A stretch of 64,000 nucleotides of DNA from Octopus bimaculoides. Lineage: Eukaryota. Positions within the stretch are counted from its first letter, which is position 1, and each line of letters begins with the position of its first letter. Positions 13,385 to 28,055 of this stretch are shown here, piece after piece. Under the pieces are notes generated by a model. It did no database searches and was not told where the DNA came from. It saw nothing but the letters and a program-made list of their open reading frames with translations. The stretch is taken from contig NC_068991.1 in assembly GCF_001194135.2 (NCBI RefSeq), positions 35,668,038 to 35,732,037 on the forward strand, read 5' to 3'. The position numbers and the translations under genes were made by a program.

Positions 13385-13839
13385 GATTACACACATATGT
13401 AAACGTTTAATCATTTTCAGATAACATGAATATGAGGAAAATTTTAGAGAAAAATAAATAAAAATATATAAATAGATTTAATGACCGTATCTAAAATTTG
13501 TCATCATGTATTATTAATGTTGTTGAAGATGGAAATAAAAATAATTTGGAAGGAGACAATTTAAGAAAATAGAATACAAAGGCATTATTTTATGTATGTT
13601 GCACATCTGTATTGATTTCTACATAAGAAATATGTGCATATTTTCCAAAAGTATTACAATTTTGATTTTGAATTTAATTTCTAGATGAAAAACTATTGCT
13701 GTTATCTTAAAAGCTAAAAAAAACAAACAAACAAAAAACAGATCATTAATTTTTTCACTTTTTCATTCAAACTGATAAGTTTCAATCATTATTAAATAGA
13801 TAATTGCTTCAAATTTTGGAACAACGCCAATAAATTCAA

Positions 13840-14022
13840 CAGGAAGGGGCCAGTCGATCACATTGGCCTAGTATTTGACTGATACTTTACTTTAACGACT
13901 TCGAGAGGATGAACAGAAAAGTTACTCACGTCGGGATTTGAACTCAAAACGTAAAGAGCAGGTAGGACTGCTATTAAGAATAATTCGTCTGATGCGCTAA
14001 AAATTCCTCCAGCTCGTCGATT
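13840..14022 (-). mobile_element. SINE family A, decayed copy
   Basis: Aligns by eye to the copy at 22239-22452 (gatttgaactc B-box, gaaaggatgaa core). Confidence 0.65.
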
Positions 14023-14233
14023 GTCAGTGTATTGAATAAAAAAATGTAGAAAAATTTAAATATGTTAGCCTATATCTCCATAATAACAGCATGAAGTTGT
14101 AATGAATTATTAACGATAATATTAGAAACATCGCGTAATGGTCTTTCAAATCTTGTGACTTGGATTAGAATCTTAAGACTTAATACTGAAGAATTTAACA
14201 ATGTCAAAAATATTGGTTTCAGATTTCGGTACA

Positions 14234-14408
14234 ATATTGGGGAAGGAGTAAGTCGATCACATCGACTCCAGTGCTCAACTGCTACATATTTTATGGACCT
14301 CGAAAGGATGAAAGGCAAAGTCGACTTCGGCTCAGAACACGAAGACGGACGAAATTCCGCTAATCATTTTGCCCGGCGTGCTAACGATTCCGCCAGCTCT
14401 CCGCCTTA
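14234..14408 (-). mobile_element. SINE family A copy
   Basis: gaaaggatgaaaggcaaagtcgac...cggcgtgctaacgattccgccagctc, near-identical to the other family A copies; B-box region deleted. Confidence 0.85.
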
Positions 14409-14479
14409 CGTAATGTCAAATATATTGTTTGTAGATTTTCATCAGAACTTATCGGATGTTAAAGACTTTACGATGAATT

Positions 14480-15840
14480 AAAACGTGATGGAATTTTATT
14501 CATCACAGTTTCCCAAAGAAAATCCAGCGCCAAATAAGATTAGGGCACCCACCCATTCCCGCTGCTTCCGGAGTTTAACCTATCAGTTCACACAGAATCT
14601 CCTGTCCACTTTAAATCGAGTTGATGAGTTACTCCAGCGAATCTCTGAAACGTGTGTTTGTATATTTTCATCTGTGTTATTTGAAATAGATGTAACGCTG
14701 AATGTTATCTTCTTTCCTTTCGACACCATAACAAATAAAATGTTCTCTAAAAGATGATATCAAGAATCACTTCGCTAGAGAATTCTTTGCATTAAGATTT
14801 GTGGACGTGTTTTCAACATTGACTCTACCTACCATCTCTTCGCATATAAATAACGTATTTTCTTTCTCACCTTGGAATACACATATCAATAAATCACCTC
14901 TGCTTCCGGGGTCCTGTCGTCCATGTTCTAACTTCACATCTGCTACACCTCACTCTCTCATAATTCATCTTCTTCGGCTAGATATCTTTAGTTATTCCAG
15001 CACATTTCATTTCTTCAAATTCCTTTTACAAGAAGGCAACAAACTGGAAGAATCATTTGAGAGTCTTGCAATAATTGTTCTAATCGTTTCTTTTTTTCCG
15101 AGTTCAAGTACCGCCGAAATCATATTTACCTGTCATGCCTTTGGAATAGATAAACAATGTTCCAAGGTGGAGGATTGGCGGAATTTTAGTGCATTGTGAT
15201 ATTTGTTCCAGTTCTTACGTTTCCGGGCAGGTGTGATGAAATTGTCTACATGTTGTCAACAAAATGGTGTCTCGTAAACTAGAAGGAATTTTCAGTCTTC
15301 CACGATAGTTCCATGGCAACAAGCACATAACGCTTATTTCAGGCATCATTAGGGGTTGTTCGTCGATGCGATAAGAAACAAATAGTTTTTACGATTCTTC
15401 TAACTTCTCGCAACATCACCAATTTTCGACAGCCTCTTGTTTTGTATTGAATGCCTCTCTATAACCCAGACCAATATTCCATTAACTGCACATAAACAAC
15501 ACTTCTTTGATTTTGCACACCACCAACATCGATACACAACCGATATCTTTGCTAATCTGAATGTAGCTTCTCCGCTTAACAGTTACTCGACTTCTTTCCT
15601 CATCGTTTTGGAACCTTTCAGATCACCCGAGTATTGCCTAATCAAAGCAACCAGCATCAACTTCCCAAACCGTATCACTTAAACCTCTGGAGGAAGCACC
15701 ACTCGATTTATGCCGACTTCCTAACAAAATGAATTTCATTCCCGGATTACCTAAGATAACTAAACAGTAGGTCCTTTCATATTTCTTACACTGTAAAAGG
15801 TTACAGTCCCAAACTCCCAAATAGTTCATTCTACAGCAGT
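14480..15840 (-). mobile_element. Highly decayed LTR retrotransposon (Gypsy-like) pol remnant: RNase H/integrase region
   Basis: Minus-strand fragments resemble RNase H (CKKYERTY...KFILLGSRHK), the integrase N-terminus (EISVMCLL...LKIPSSLRDTIL) and the core (IRTIIARL...FEEMKCAGI). Many stops; judged by eye only. Confidence 0.4.
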
Positions 15841-18542
15841 ATTGGCAAAGATCATTGCTTGCAAAATTTGACAGAGGTTACCAACACAACGACAACTAGA
15901 GCGACGATGAAGAATAACCACCCTACCACCACCACCACCACCATAATCATCCCTGTAATCATCATCATTTGTCTCTGTGACCTCCGCTTTCTGCTTACTT
16001 ACTCTACAACTATTCAACATCCACCCTCATAGTCATACATGCAATCACCTGTCGCGCTCTGCCTTTGAGTCAGTTCTCCTCTAAAGATAACCTACATTTT
16101 TTTTCTCTTTTTTTTCGTCGGCCATTTTCCATCGTGCTTTTGTGGGCCGCACAGACTGCAGGTTTTCATACCTTTGCAATGTATGTGTGTGTGTGTGCCC
16201 GCACATGTATGTGTGTGTTTGTGTCTATGTATGTATATGTATGTCTGTCTATGTGTGTATGTATGCACACACATGTATACATCTCACCCTGGGTCATTTC
16301 ATTTACCTCATTTTCGTGTCATTAATGCAAATTCTCTAGGGCATAAATGTATTCTAGGACAATTGCTGTGTTGATGACCAGAGAGCCCACTTGCCTCTAG
16401 ATAATCGCACTAGTTTTTACTTAATGCCGTGTCAATTTCTGAGAAATCTTGATTCTTGAAATTATCGGTGGCATTTCCTCATTTTGGAATTGGTCCCAAT
16501 TGCCACCAAAACGCCTTTTCTATTTCCTCTGGAAGAGGAGATATTTATAATAAGTCAAGAATTCATCTCGCATGTAATTTAATATACAATTAATCGTCTT
16601 TGCTGTTTAAATGCATGCCTCTGCCAATTCTAAGTTTTTTTCTGTTTGCTCATTTTCAATTGACACGTTCTTGTTGTCACCACAGTTATAATAAACTTCA
16701 ATCCCTTGGCCTTTAATAACCCAGATATACCGTCCTGGGCCGCCTAGCTTACCCCCCATACACACGATATTAACATTGCCTTTCATCGTTCTGTAAATGA
16801 TAGAATTAGTGAAATACTATAGTCAAAATGTTTCGATTATTACCATCTCGCTCACAAATTTCTGGTCTTGCAACTGTTACAAATTATTGAGACTGTTATT
16901 ACACCGAAAACTAGATTTTTGAATTCGTTTGTCCCACGTGCCTGGTAACAGAGTATTGTACTGGAATATGGAAACAACTTTGAAAGAGAAGTCCCGTCGT
17001 CTTAATCATCCAAATATTTTTTCATTAACTATTGCAATATCTTTAGAATTTCTCTTCTATTGACTTTATTATAGAAATGCGAATTTAAAGATTTTATGAA
17101 AGAAATTCGATTTAAATGCTTCTAGAAATAATAATAAAGCAAACACAGTTTACTCAGAAATGAATCAAAACTATAAATAAATCTTTAATAGAATGAAAAT
17201 GAAAAGACGGAACTACTTCTAACAATTGTTTATAAACCAAGATAAACATCGTTTACAGTTTTTCAAATGTTTTGACAAATTAGAGTCACCCCTTCCTTCG
17301 ACAAACTCGTATTCGCACATAGTAACAAGACATATCTAAACACATAAATTTTGTTCTAATGATTTTCTTTCATTCAATCTGAACTCTTTGTTATGCATTT
17401 GTTTGTGTGTTTGTTATTGTTGTTGCGAATTAACTTCTAGCTCTTCGTTTCTCTTGTTGCTGTTGTCGAAGCACTTGTTTCTGTTCAATCCAGTTTACGT
17501 GATCGTTCGTTCTTGTGTTGCTGTCATTTAGAGATGATTGTCCTGAAGTATCTACCACAAATTACTCCACCATCGGGATTCTTGATCCTCCAGCATTAGT
17601 TTTTAATTAATTGACACTGAGGCAGAGACACTGTTCCAGATGGCTTTTAATATATCAGGTTTAATAAACCCTTGAAATTCTGTCACTAAATCAACTCAGT
17701 TATTTTCTTACAGTATACGTTATTTTTATTTCCTACACCATTTTATAAACACCACGACCGTTAATGGATGCCTCAACATATGCAAGTTCAGGATGCTACA
17801 TTCATCTTCCTCATGTACAGTTTTTCGAAGCTGAACACTAGTTCCAAGTAGCGGAGGTACACATTCTCAAATGTCTCACTATCAAATCGTTGTTAATCAT
17901 TCTCAAATACTTCTTTTAGGAGTAATTTCAATGATTTTTGGTGCATGGCAAGAAACATCGACGTCTTTCAGTCCAATATTATTTCTTGATATATTTGATG
18001 ATATAGTTTGATGTAAAACCAATTCTAATCATTTATCTGAAGTTTGAGTAGAATAACCTCCGTGTGACGATACTGTATGGCACTTGCAATCCTCGTTGGT
18101 GCTGCTGCTGTTGCTTTGGCCCTTGGTCAGCTTTGATCAAGCAACCACAGAATTAGAAAGGTTCCGGTTATGACTATCACATTCTATTCTTCAAATACAC
18201 ATTATCTAATGTCATTTCTTTTTTAAGATAGCGTGTCATTTGGCTGCTATTTCCAGCGAGTCGAGAGACTAAATAGAGTTACCACCGAAGATGCTGCTGC
18301 AATTATTTATGTAAAGCTGATAACTTGTTAGTGACCACCCTGTAGAGCCAGATCAAAGGTGGTTAAACCATGACCTCCATCTTTTTTTTTTACGGTTGGG
18401 TGTAATTTGAGACAAAATTGGCTGTTATTTCTAGCACATCAAATGACTGCCGTTGGTATTGTTGATGTTATTGTTACCATACTACAGTTGTTCAAGATGC
18501 AGTAAACTGAATCAGGATTACCGATTAGAAACATGATTACTA

Positions 18543-18591
<49 letters not shown>

Positions 18592-18628
18592 GAGAGAGAG
18601 AGAAAGAGAGTGAGAGAGAGTGAAAGAG
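18543..18628. repeat. (GA)n microsatellite next to a gap
   Basis: Direct reading. Confidence 0.95.
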
Positions 18629-19113
18629 NNNNNNNNNNNNNNNNNNNNNNNNNNNNNNNNNNNNNNNNNNNNNNNNNNNNNNNNNNNNNNNNNNNNNNNN
18701 NNNNNNNNNNNNNNNNNNNNNNNNNNNNNNNNNNNNNNNNNNNNNNNNNNNNNNNNNNNNNNNNNNNNNNNNNNNNNNNNNNNNNNNNNNNNNNNNNNNN
18801 NNNNNNNNNNNNNNNNNNNNNNNNNNNNNNNNNNNNNNNNNNNNNNNNNNNNNNNNNNNNNNNNNNNNNNNNNNNNNNNNNNNNNNNNNNNNNNNNNNNN
18901 NNNNNNNNNNNNNNNNNNNNNNNNNNNNNNNNNNNNNNNNNNNNNNNNNNNNNNNNNNNNNNNNNNNNNNNNNNNNNNNNNNNNNNNNNNNNNNNNNNNN
19001 NNNNNNNNNNNNNNNNNNNNNNNNNNNNNNNNNNNNNNNNNNNNNNNNNNNNNNNNNNNNNNNNNNNNNNNNNNNNNNNNNNNNNNNNNNNNNNNNNNNN
19101 NNNNNNNNNNNNN

Positions 19114-19250
19114 TGCTGCCGCTGCTGCAGCTGCTGCCGCTGCTGCCGCCGCCGCCACCGCCGCCGCCGCAACAGCATCAACAACAACCGCCACTACCAC
19201 AACTACAATCACCACCATCGCTGCCGCCGTCAACAACAACAGCAACAATT
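19114..19250. repeat. Compound trinucleotide tract (GCT/GCC/CAA/CAC)
   Basis: Direct reading; no splice context found. Confidence 0.85.
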
Positions 19251-20094
19251 ACGATAAGAAATATTTAATGACTTAAATCCTTGAAAATTTAAATAGCTTT
19301 TCTCATTTAATCGTTTAATCTGGTGAAAAGGGTTTCTTTGGAAACAGTCTTGCATTATTTTATTTATTTTGCATGAAATCTTAAATAGTAGCATAAACTT
19401 TGTATTTTTGTTTCACTGAAGTTAAGGTACATAAAAAAAAAATGAAAATATTTCGTCTCGTTTCAATTTAAAATTGGGATCATTAAAACCAACAAAAATA
19501 GAAAATAGGAAGAAAATCAAGAAAAAAATGTTGTTTACCTTCAACAACATGAATCAAAATATATTTTAGATGGAACAGATAACGCGATTGACAATGATAG
19601 TGCTTGGTTTATTTAGAGAAGGAAGAGCAGGGCCTATGATATTTCTCTGGGTATCGAAGACTGATGGGTTGTTAGGAAGAATTTATCCTCAGATTAGAAA
19701 ATGAACTCTCTCTCCATCTGATGGGCTTCTATGCAATTTCCGTCCACAGATTTTAATTCACAAGGCTTTGTATAACACATTTAGCACCATACAGTGCAAT
19801 GAGATCAAACTGGAAACAGCGAATGAAAGCGTGACGTCTTGACATTACAAAAAAAAATGAGTCTGGAGAGTATTAAATGGTTAACGAATTATCTGTAAAG
19901 CAGGTGAGAAACCGAGGAATTTTAAAAGCCAGGCAAATATATATTTATATATAATCTGAGAGCAAAGGGAACAGTACAATATATGTACAGCAGAATTTGA
20001 ACTCTGTCATTGAGTTTATTGTTCTTTACAAAGTATAATGTTTAATATTGTGTTTATATGTGAATACATACGTGCATACATACATAAATCTAAG

Positions 20095-21150
20095 CACTGC
20101 TCTCTCTGCCCTTCTCTATACATCGGGCAAACGTGACACCGCTTGGCTGACCGGTTCGCGGAACACCTTCCAGACATCCAACTCGGGAATGACACCCCGG
20201 TCTCACGCCATCTCCGCTCTACCGGTCACTCTTTGCAACACCTGTCTGTGTTCGGATTGTCCTTGCACAGGGGCCATCTGGACTCCCGTCTTCGCCGTGA
20301 ACAGGTATTAATCTTCTCTCTTCACTCCTTTGCGACACATGGGCTCAACTCTCCTGTCCTATTCATCTAACCCTCTTCCCCACAATTCCTCTCACACCTA
20401 CTTCCTCCCACCCACCTCACCTCTCTTGCTCCGACTCCTACTTCTCCTATCACTCCTNNNNNNNNNNNNNNNNNNNNNNNNNNNNNNNNNNNNNNNNNNN
20501 NNNNNNNNNNNNNNNNNNNNNNNNNNNNNNNNNNNNNNNNNNNNNNNNNNNNNNNNNNNNNNNNNNNNNNNNNNNNNNNNNNNNNNNNNNNNNNNNNNNN
20601 NNNNNNNNNNNNNNNNNNNNNNNNNNNNNNNNNNNNNNNNNNNNNNNNNNNNNNNNNNNNNNNNNNNNNNNNNNNTATCCCCACCCTCAGCCTAACCCAC
20701 ACCCACCCTTTCTTGCCACACTGTCACATCCCCCACATTCCAACACCACCACACCACACCACACATCACCACATCACATCACACCACCACGCATACACTA
20801 GCACTGACCACTTCCCAAAACCCACACCATCATCCACACATCTACACATGCACACACGCACACGTCAAGATCACCAGCCCTCTTCCACACGCACATACAT
20901 GCTCTCTTATACATATGGACGTGCACCTTCGTTTTGGGATCCCCTTCTTCCTAGCTCTCCTGTGTGACCCCTCTGTTGGGCATTAGCCACTAAACATTCT
21001 TTATTTTCTCTCCCTGTTTCTTTCTGTGGATGAGCGTAGGTTCGAAACTTAAAGACTTTCTCACTTTCCGAGCGTTAAACTAATACATCTGTTTGTTGTC
21101 TACACCACCTGTCTTCGTCTTTTGTTTTTCTTGTGAATTCTCCCCAGATA
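20095..21150 (+). mobile_element. 5'-truncated Penelope-like element (GIY-YIG end + pLTR), same family as 8940-11495
   Basis: LCPSLYIGQT*HRLADRFAEHL...HSLQHLSVFGL...RLRREQVLIFSLHSFATHGLN; DNA closely matches 11040-11270; pLTR at ~21000-21150. Confidence 0.9.
21018..21055 (+). ncRNA. Hammerhead-like motif (A6->U variant) in a pLTR
   Basis: tcttt-CTGTGGAT-GAGC gtag GTTC-GAAAC tt-aaaga. Confidence 0.45.
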
Positions 21151-21152
21151 TG

Positions 21153-21206
<54 letters not shown>

Positions 21207-21226
21207 CATATATACATTCACACACA

Positions 21227-21274
<48 letters not shown>

Positions 21275-22238
21275 ACCAATGTGATACGTGGTTGTATGTG
21301 AAATTTTAGATTAGTTACTTTAAAAAGAAAACTAATTTGCTTTAGGTTTCTAAGAAACTGAGAATCGTGACTTTCACTGGAGGAGTTAAATGGCGGCTCA
21401 ATAAATGCTAAGTCTTTTTGAAATCCTCGATGTAAAGTTATAATTGCGAAATAACGAAACAAATTTGCGCAGCATGTCTTTTAAACAGTTCAGGGGATTT
21501 GCTATCTACACAAACGTATAAAGGTAGCCTTAGCAAAATTCACGTTACAATCAAGCATATCTTTTGATACTAATCGAAACATACAGAGCATAGTAACTGA
21601 AAACCAAATCTTTGATAACACCAAGTAATAAACGTGTAATAATATTCCACAAAGGAACTGATGCCAAATTAATCGAGATTAACGTTTCTTCTGTTTTCCG
21701 GTGTCCAATGTAGTAGTCTGGTAGCCTTTAAACTTCTAAATGAAAATTTTCCTGTTTCTTCCCCAGTAGCTATTTGTCAAACACTGTTTATTTTAATATT
21801 CGCTATCTCTCAGCTCGTTAATGCATTCATGTTTATTCAAATATTCTGTAGACTTTTCAAAATTCCAAGACATTGTATAGAATAAAAAGAATATTGTAGT
21901 AAAAATATTAACCTATCTACCTTTTATGTTTCTTCAGAAAAGGCAACGTATTTAGAAATTTCCTACATTTTGTTTCACCTATTAACCTACAGGTGGTTTT
22001 CTTTGAAACTTAGTAACGTGTTTAGAAATTTTTCATAGTTGGTTTTTCGTTCTGCTTTCTAATATATCACAACAGTAATGGCGATGGATTTCCAGAACTG
22101 CTATAAGGCAAGACAAATTAATAGTTAAAGCATTAACCGAGCAGCCAGGTATGCGTGCTCTGCTTAGCCACTGAACCCGGAGCGTTGCAACAGTGAAGGT
22201 ATCCGACAATCCAAATTCGTGAGATTTATATTTAAATA

Positions 22239-22452
22239 CTTTTCTACTCTAGGCACAAGGCCGGAAATTTTTGGGGAGGGGAACAGTCGATTAGATCGAC
22301 CCCAGTACGCAACTGGTACTTAATTTATCGATCCCGAAAGGATGAAAGGCAAAGTCGACCTCGGCAGAATTTGAACTCTGAACGTAAAGACAGACGAAAT
22401 ACCGCTAAGCATTTCGCCCGGCGTGCTAACGTTTCTGCCAGATTGCCGCCTT
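22239..22452 (-). mobile_element. SINE family A, full-length, with 17-bp TSD
   Basis: tRNA-like head with B-box GAGTTCAAATTC; flanked by an exact agatttatatttaaata at 22222-22238 and 22453-22469. Confidence 0.92.
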
Positions 22453-24176
22453 AGATTTATATTTAAATAAACAAGCTGAATGGGTCAGGTCTTTTCACTT
22501 GAAATCTATACGTAAACTTGAATTTTCACTGGTTACTCAACAACAGCTGGGGTCAGTTTCAGCAATGAAACCTGCATCTAAATGGATAAGCATTCGACAT
22601 TCAGACATTAAACCTACATTTCAGGATTTGATAAAGGATCACGCAGACATAGTGATGAATTAGTTTTTGTAACTTTACGTAAGAGACCAATAATACCGCA
22701 CTGATGTTCACATTTGCTGTTATACCATTCTTATATCACAAATGTTGAAAGTTTCATGTAACATCTTGCAAATTTACTCCTACTTCCATTTCATCAATAC
22801 TCACTAATCACTTCCTTTCCAATATAAATGACTTTGCTACATACCTGTAAGATATCCCGGCTTTGCCATCTGCTGTTTTGATGTATATCCTTTACATTAT
22901 TTTGTACAATTATTAAAAAAAATTATTATTAACAAATTACTTAATTATTTTATTATGAAATTATTTACACAACTGCTACTTATTCATCTATTTGTCTTTC
23001 TAGCAATTTGGCTAATCAATTACTTAATCTATTCATTTTATTACTGTTTAATTACTACTTCTGAGTTAGCCTCTCTCCAAACTACATCTATAGATAGTGG
23101 GGCACTTATTTTATTCAGTCATCTATCACTGTATCTCTTGATTAATCTTATTTTATTTGATCTCATATAACATTATTCCATATTTTATTTAATTTATTGG
23201 TCACAATATTATCTCTCAATAAACATAATCTTGAAATTATTTCATCCTCATTGGAACACTTAAAAGATACTTTGCTGAATCATATATTATTTTGACGTGC
23301 TATTCACATGATGTCCTTATAAACAATGGAATGTAGTTGCACTACCTCTAGGTTGAACATATATTTGTTAGTGATGTGTATTCATTGCCACAACTGCTGT
23401 TGGAGGATCCACTAATACGCAAAAATTCAATACAAACATACATACATACATACATACATACATACATACATACATAATATATACATATATATGTGTATAT
23501 AATAAAATGGAAGATGTGTGTGTATGTGTTTGTGTACAGGCCTTTTACTTGATCCCCCTTAAAATGAATATTTTTCATCCGATTTCGTTCACCCTGGGAA
23601 AATACATTGCTTAAGTTCCAGAGATGGTCATACACTCTTCAAAGTTTCCACATAATGAGTAATGCCGCCCCTACGGGACGTAAACACCTTTTCATAGGTA
23701 AATAAAAAATACCGATGATCGTTGCTTCAAAGGACATAACTCTTGATAACGTAGTTATGCTACTTTCACTTCGTCTTCTACTACAGTTTTTACAATGCCC
23801 ATTCACGGAAAACTGCCGATATTTTCACATTAGCACTTCCTTGAGGTAGCCATGCGTGTATATGTGTGTGTGTATGTGTATGTATGTATGTGTGTGTGTC
23901 TGTGTACACCAATGTCTGTAATATTTGTCACCAAATGATACAATAAGAATACAGACACTTTTCAATATCATTTTACAAGGAAAATGTTTATATTTAACTG
24001 TATAATTAGGTTAGTTAATCGTCCATTCCTGTACAGGTTCCCCAGTAAGATTTTAAAATGGCATACTTGGAACTATTTAAAAGTTACCACTATTTGAAAA
24101 ATCCTACATGGAAAATTGTAGAGGGCGGCTAGTTAATCTAATCGAATTGTTTAATACACACAAAACCCACCCACCC

Positions 24177-24177
<1 letters not shown>

Positions 24178-24269
<92 letters not shown>

Positions 24270-24300
24270 ACACACACACACGCATACAGACATACACACA
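24178..24300. repeat. (CA)n microsatellite
   Basis: Direct reading. Confidence 0.95.
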
Positions 24301-25057
24301 AACACATGTATGAGCACGCACACACACATATATGTATGTGTGTACTTCCACTACTTTGATTTAAGCGGTTAGCACTTCGCTCACAAACTCTTACTCACAT
24401 TCTATGGAAAGGGAAGTTGAAATCCAGTCTTCGGCAAGTAAGAGCGACATTTTTTGAGTAGATGCTTTGCTGTGTGTGTAAGTGTTGTAGCATTTAAAAA
24501 TATCTCGAATAAACATATAAATCTGTACTTCTTGATTCTTGTTTCATTTATCGCGGATTACACAAGCATCTGAATTCTAATATTCAAATAGTGAGATGAA
24601 GCAGACTTAGAAAAAATACCGGACAAAGAAGGATTGAACAGTTTGTCAGCCAAAATCAAACGCATATACATGTACACTAGAACACGCACATGCACACACA
24701 CACGCAAACACATGCAGGCACGCACACATTCATGCGCGCACGCACGCACGTGACGCATGCATGTGCGCTCGCAAATGTTTGCATAAACGTATAAATACAT
24801 GCATACATAGATTATATTGTTTGAAATAGTTTTCAGTAATAATAAGCATGATCTATTTCCAGGCGTGAGAGATATAGACAATATATGGTCCAAGCGTAGT
24901 CTAAATGTGCTCCTACTTCTGATTTATGTGCGACAGACTAGTATTTTTCTAAGCAGATGCGTGTTTCTATTCTTATTACATCAGACACAAGCTGCTGCTG
25001 CTACGAAAGCTAGATACCTTGATGGAACATACATACACACACACATACATACATACA

Positions 25058-25088
<31 letters not shown>

Positions 25089-26167
25089 GTCTGCTTATAT
25101 ATGTGTGTGTTTGTGTATATATGTCTGTACACATACATATTTGCATGAATTTCTTATAGTCTTGCATTATATATGATTAAATTGACTTCAAATTGTAGTT
25201 ATTAAACATCTAATGTCACTGGTGTCTGAAATAAATAGAGTCTCAGTGAGTTTTTATACTAAGCCATTCGAGGCTAATTTATTCCTATTTATCTATAAAT
25301 ACCACTTAACAGTATTTTCTAAATGGAAATCTGCGATAGACAACAGTTTTTCTTTTTACAAGGAAGTTTCTAAACTGCTTATTATCATGATAGCTGGTAC
25401 AATCTTCTGCAGATTCTAGCTTTTATGGAAAACACTTCAGAAGCAGTACATAAGCCCACCAGTGATGAAATATACATTTCAAATAAGGTTAGGTTCACAT
25501 CAATACTTGGCATACCCTGACAGTTACATTAAATGTAAATGATTTGATTGAAACCTGACGATACGAAAGTAACTTCTTTTCACATACAGATTTGTTATAT
25601 CAATGATAACAGAATATTTACCGAAGAGTTTCGTTAAATTATTTGAAGTCTCTTCATCTTCGAATTGAACACCTAAGTAAGTTTAGATCTCTATTCAATC
25701 TTTACGTCAACATTTTGGTAAACCAATATATATATATCTGTAAAAATGTTGAAACATTTGAAACAGTTGAAACATTCCTGTCACAACCTGGGACCTTGAA
25801 GGCTGATTAAATAGAAGAAAGTATACTAGTCCTTTAATATATGATATTCAATATTTCATCTATTCAATAAGAAAATCAATACTTCATTTCATTTCACTAT
25901 ATATACTATATATTCTTTATCCTACATTAATATTATAAGAATATAAATAAAACATAAAAAACAGAGTTGGAAATCCTTTGAATAATATATATATATATAT
26001 AAAGCATTTGTATACTGTCAACTCAATGTGACAGTCCCAATAAGGGAATCATACTGCTGCTATTTAGCCCTAGGAAGCTGGACCGCTTCCTGTCGGCCTT
26101 GACACATTTCCTGTGTCTTTATATTTGCGAGGGGGGAGACAAGCACCCCCACCCAGCTCAGTGTGCA

Positions 26168-26210
26168 TTCAGGGACATGCTTCTGAGTCATTGCTCGTCA
26201 TCAGCCTGAA
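26168..26210 (-). ncRNA. Type I hammerhead ribozyme, slightly decayed
   Basis: Minus strand: ttcagg-CTGATGA-c-GAG caatga CTC-a-GAAg-catg-TC-cctgaa. Stem I ttcagg/cctgaa is perfect; GAAA is mutated to GAAG. Confidence 0.7.
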
Positions 26211-26222
26211 GTAGCAACACTA

Positions 26223-28055
26223 TTTCTCTTTATTATAGGCACCAAGGCCTCTACATAGAGGGGGACATAACACGGACAAACAAAACAAAACGTGGGGTAC
26301 ATAAAACGAATGATGAATAAAATGAATAACTTACAGTGAGGTGATGAAATGGCTTACGAGTCCCCCAAAACTCGCAGCTTCATTTAACAGTTTTCTTATA
26401 CAGTTTATGGTCATTTTTTTTCTACAATAATTATATGTGGTCTCAGCTCCTCTGTCGTTACTACATTTGGCAGGGTGTCGTAACCCACATACAATCCACT
26501 TGCTTTAAAATTATACGGGTGTATTTGTTGCAGTCTCTTCATTATATGTTTTTCCACCACTATAGCTTTTTCTTGTTCTTCAAACGTTCCAGGTTCCAGT
26601 TTAAGTTTTACTAATCCCTTTATTTTAGCAATCGTCTTCTCCAACTCTAAATTCTTGTTGTAAAAAACCACTGTTCTGATATTTTAATATTCTACTTTTC
26701 CAGCTACCTTTCCTTCCATCCTCGCTACATCCTTCTGGTTTATCATCGTTTCCCACCAATTTATCCACTTCTCCCTTCTTGTTAAAACTTTTTCATGCTC
26801 TGTGTCTTGGGTTCGATTCTCAGTTTCATCTTTTTCAGTTTCCTTTTCGTTCTCTGTCTTCTTTTTCTTTCCCCCTCTCTTTTTTGGGGTGGGGGGTGGG
26901 GGTGGGGTCTTTGGCGGCGATTCAGTCCGCATAGGTTTTCTATCTGTTCCTTCTAAACATTCCTCACTCTCCACTATCTCCGCCTGTTGTTCGACCTCTA
27001 CCATATCATCTTCACAGATCTCTGTTTCTACCACTTGGACCTCTCTATGGGGACACATTACCTGTATATGTCCCCTACTTCCACATCTATAGCATATGGG
27101 TGGCCTCCCCTCTACCACAAACCTCAGTCGGGTGTCATCGGGGAGTACCAACTCCTCTGCGAGGTTACGCAGGTCAGACAGGGTTATATGGGTTAGAATT
27201 TCCAACCCCAATCCCCATCAGTTGATCTTTTTAGACCTCTCCACTTTTATGATTTCCACCTCTTCTTTGCAATTATAGATTACTGCTGCCACCAGCCATT
27301 TTAAATCTATTTCCAGTGGTACTTTTCCGATTCTTATCCTTGCGGCTATTCTGCCGTAATATACTGGCAAAAGAGCCCACTTCTCCGTTCTTAGAGGTAT
27401 GGTAGAATATCTCTTCGCATCTGCCTCGCTCCCAAAACACACCTTTACACTTTCGCACCTCCTTCCTCTCGTGTAGAACACCATTTCTTCCCCAATTCCG
27501 CTCAAGCAACTCTCCATTGCCTCAACCTACGCTACATCAACTTTCCCCAATGCTACGTTTAGTGTCTCATACGTTATAATTCCTTTTTCAGCGCTTTCCA
27601 TCACTTTCTTGGGCGGACCAACCCGTAGGGCGTCCCCCTCCCACTTCAACAACCTAAAGTGCCTCTTGCCTCTTCATGCTTGTAACTTCCACTCCAACCT
27701 CCCTCATCTCCATGTCGCCGGCCGGCCGACACCTGCCAGCCGCCGCCGCGCAACTAGCAGTCACTACAAACGTCACAGAACAANNNNNNNNNNNNNNNNN
27801 NNNNNNNNNNNNNNNNNNNNNNNNNNNNNNNNNNNNNNNNNNNNNNNNNNNNNNNNNNNNNNNNNNNNNNNNNNNNNNNNNNNNNNNNNNNNNNNNNNNN
27901 NNNNNNNNNNNNNNNTAGCAGCAATTTCAAAACTTCAAACCAACAACAGCCACTTCAACAATTTTTCAACACTCTCAATTACGACATTCATCAACTTACG
28001 CTCTCCGCTCACAAAATCACAACATAACTCCAAAAAACACGACTATCCAACTCGG
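26223..28055 (-). mobile_element. ORF1-only (HAL1-like) non-autonomous retroposon, copy 1, 17-bp TSD
   Basis: Exact ctgaagtagcaacacta at 26206-26222 and 28056-28072. Single-frame gag-like ORF with CYRCGSRGHIQVMC knuckle and two in-frame stops (track ORFs 27218..27517 and 26684..27211). Ends AATAAAGAGAAA. No RT or endonuclease seen. Contains a 133-N gap in the 5' region. Confidence 0.85.

Noticed and set aside
19114-19250. Apparent polyalanine/polyglutamine coding region
   Set aside because: Compound trinucleotide microsatellite beside a gap, with no splice signals or flanking coding sequence.
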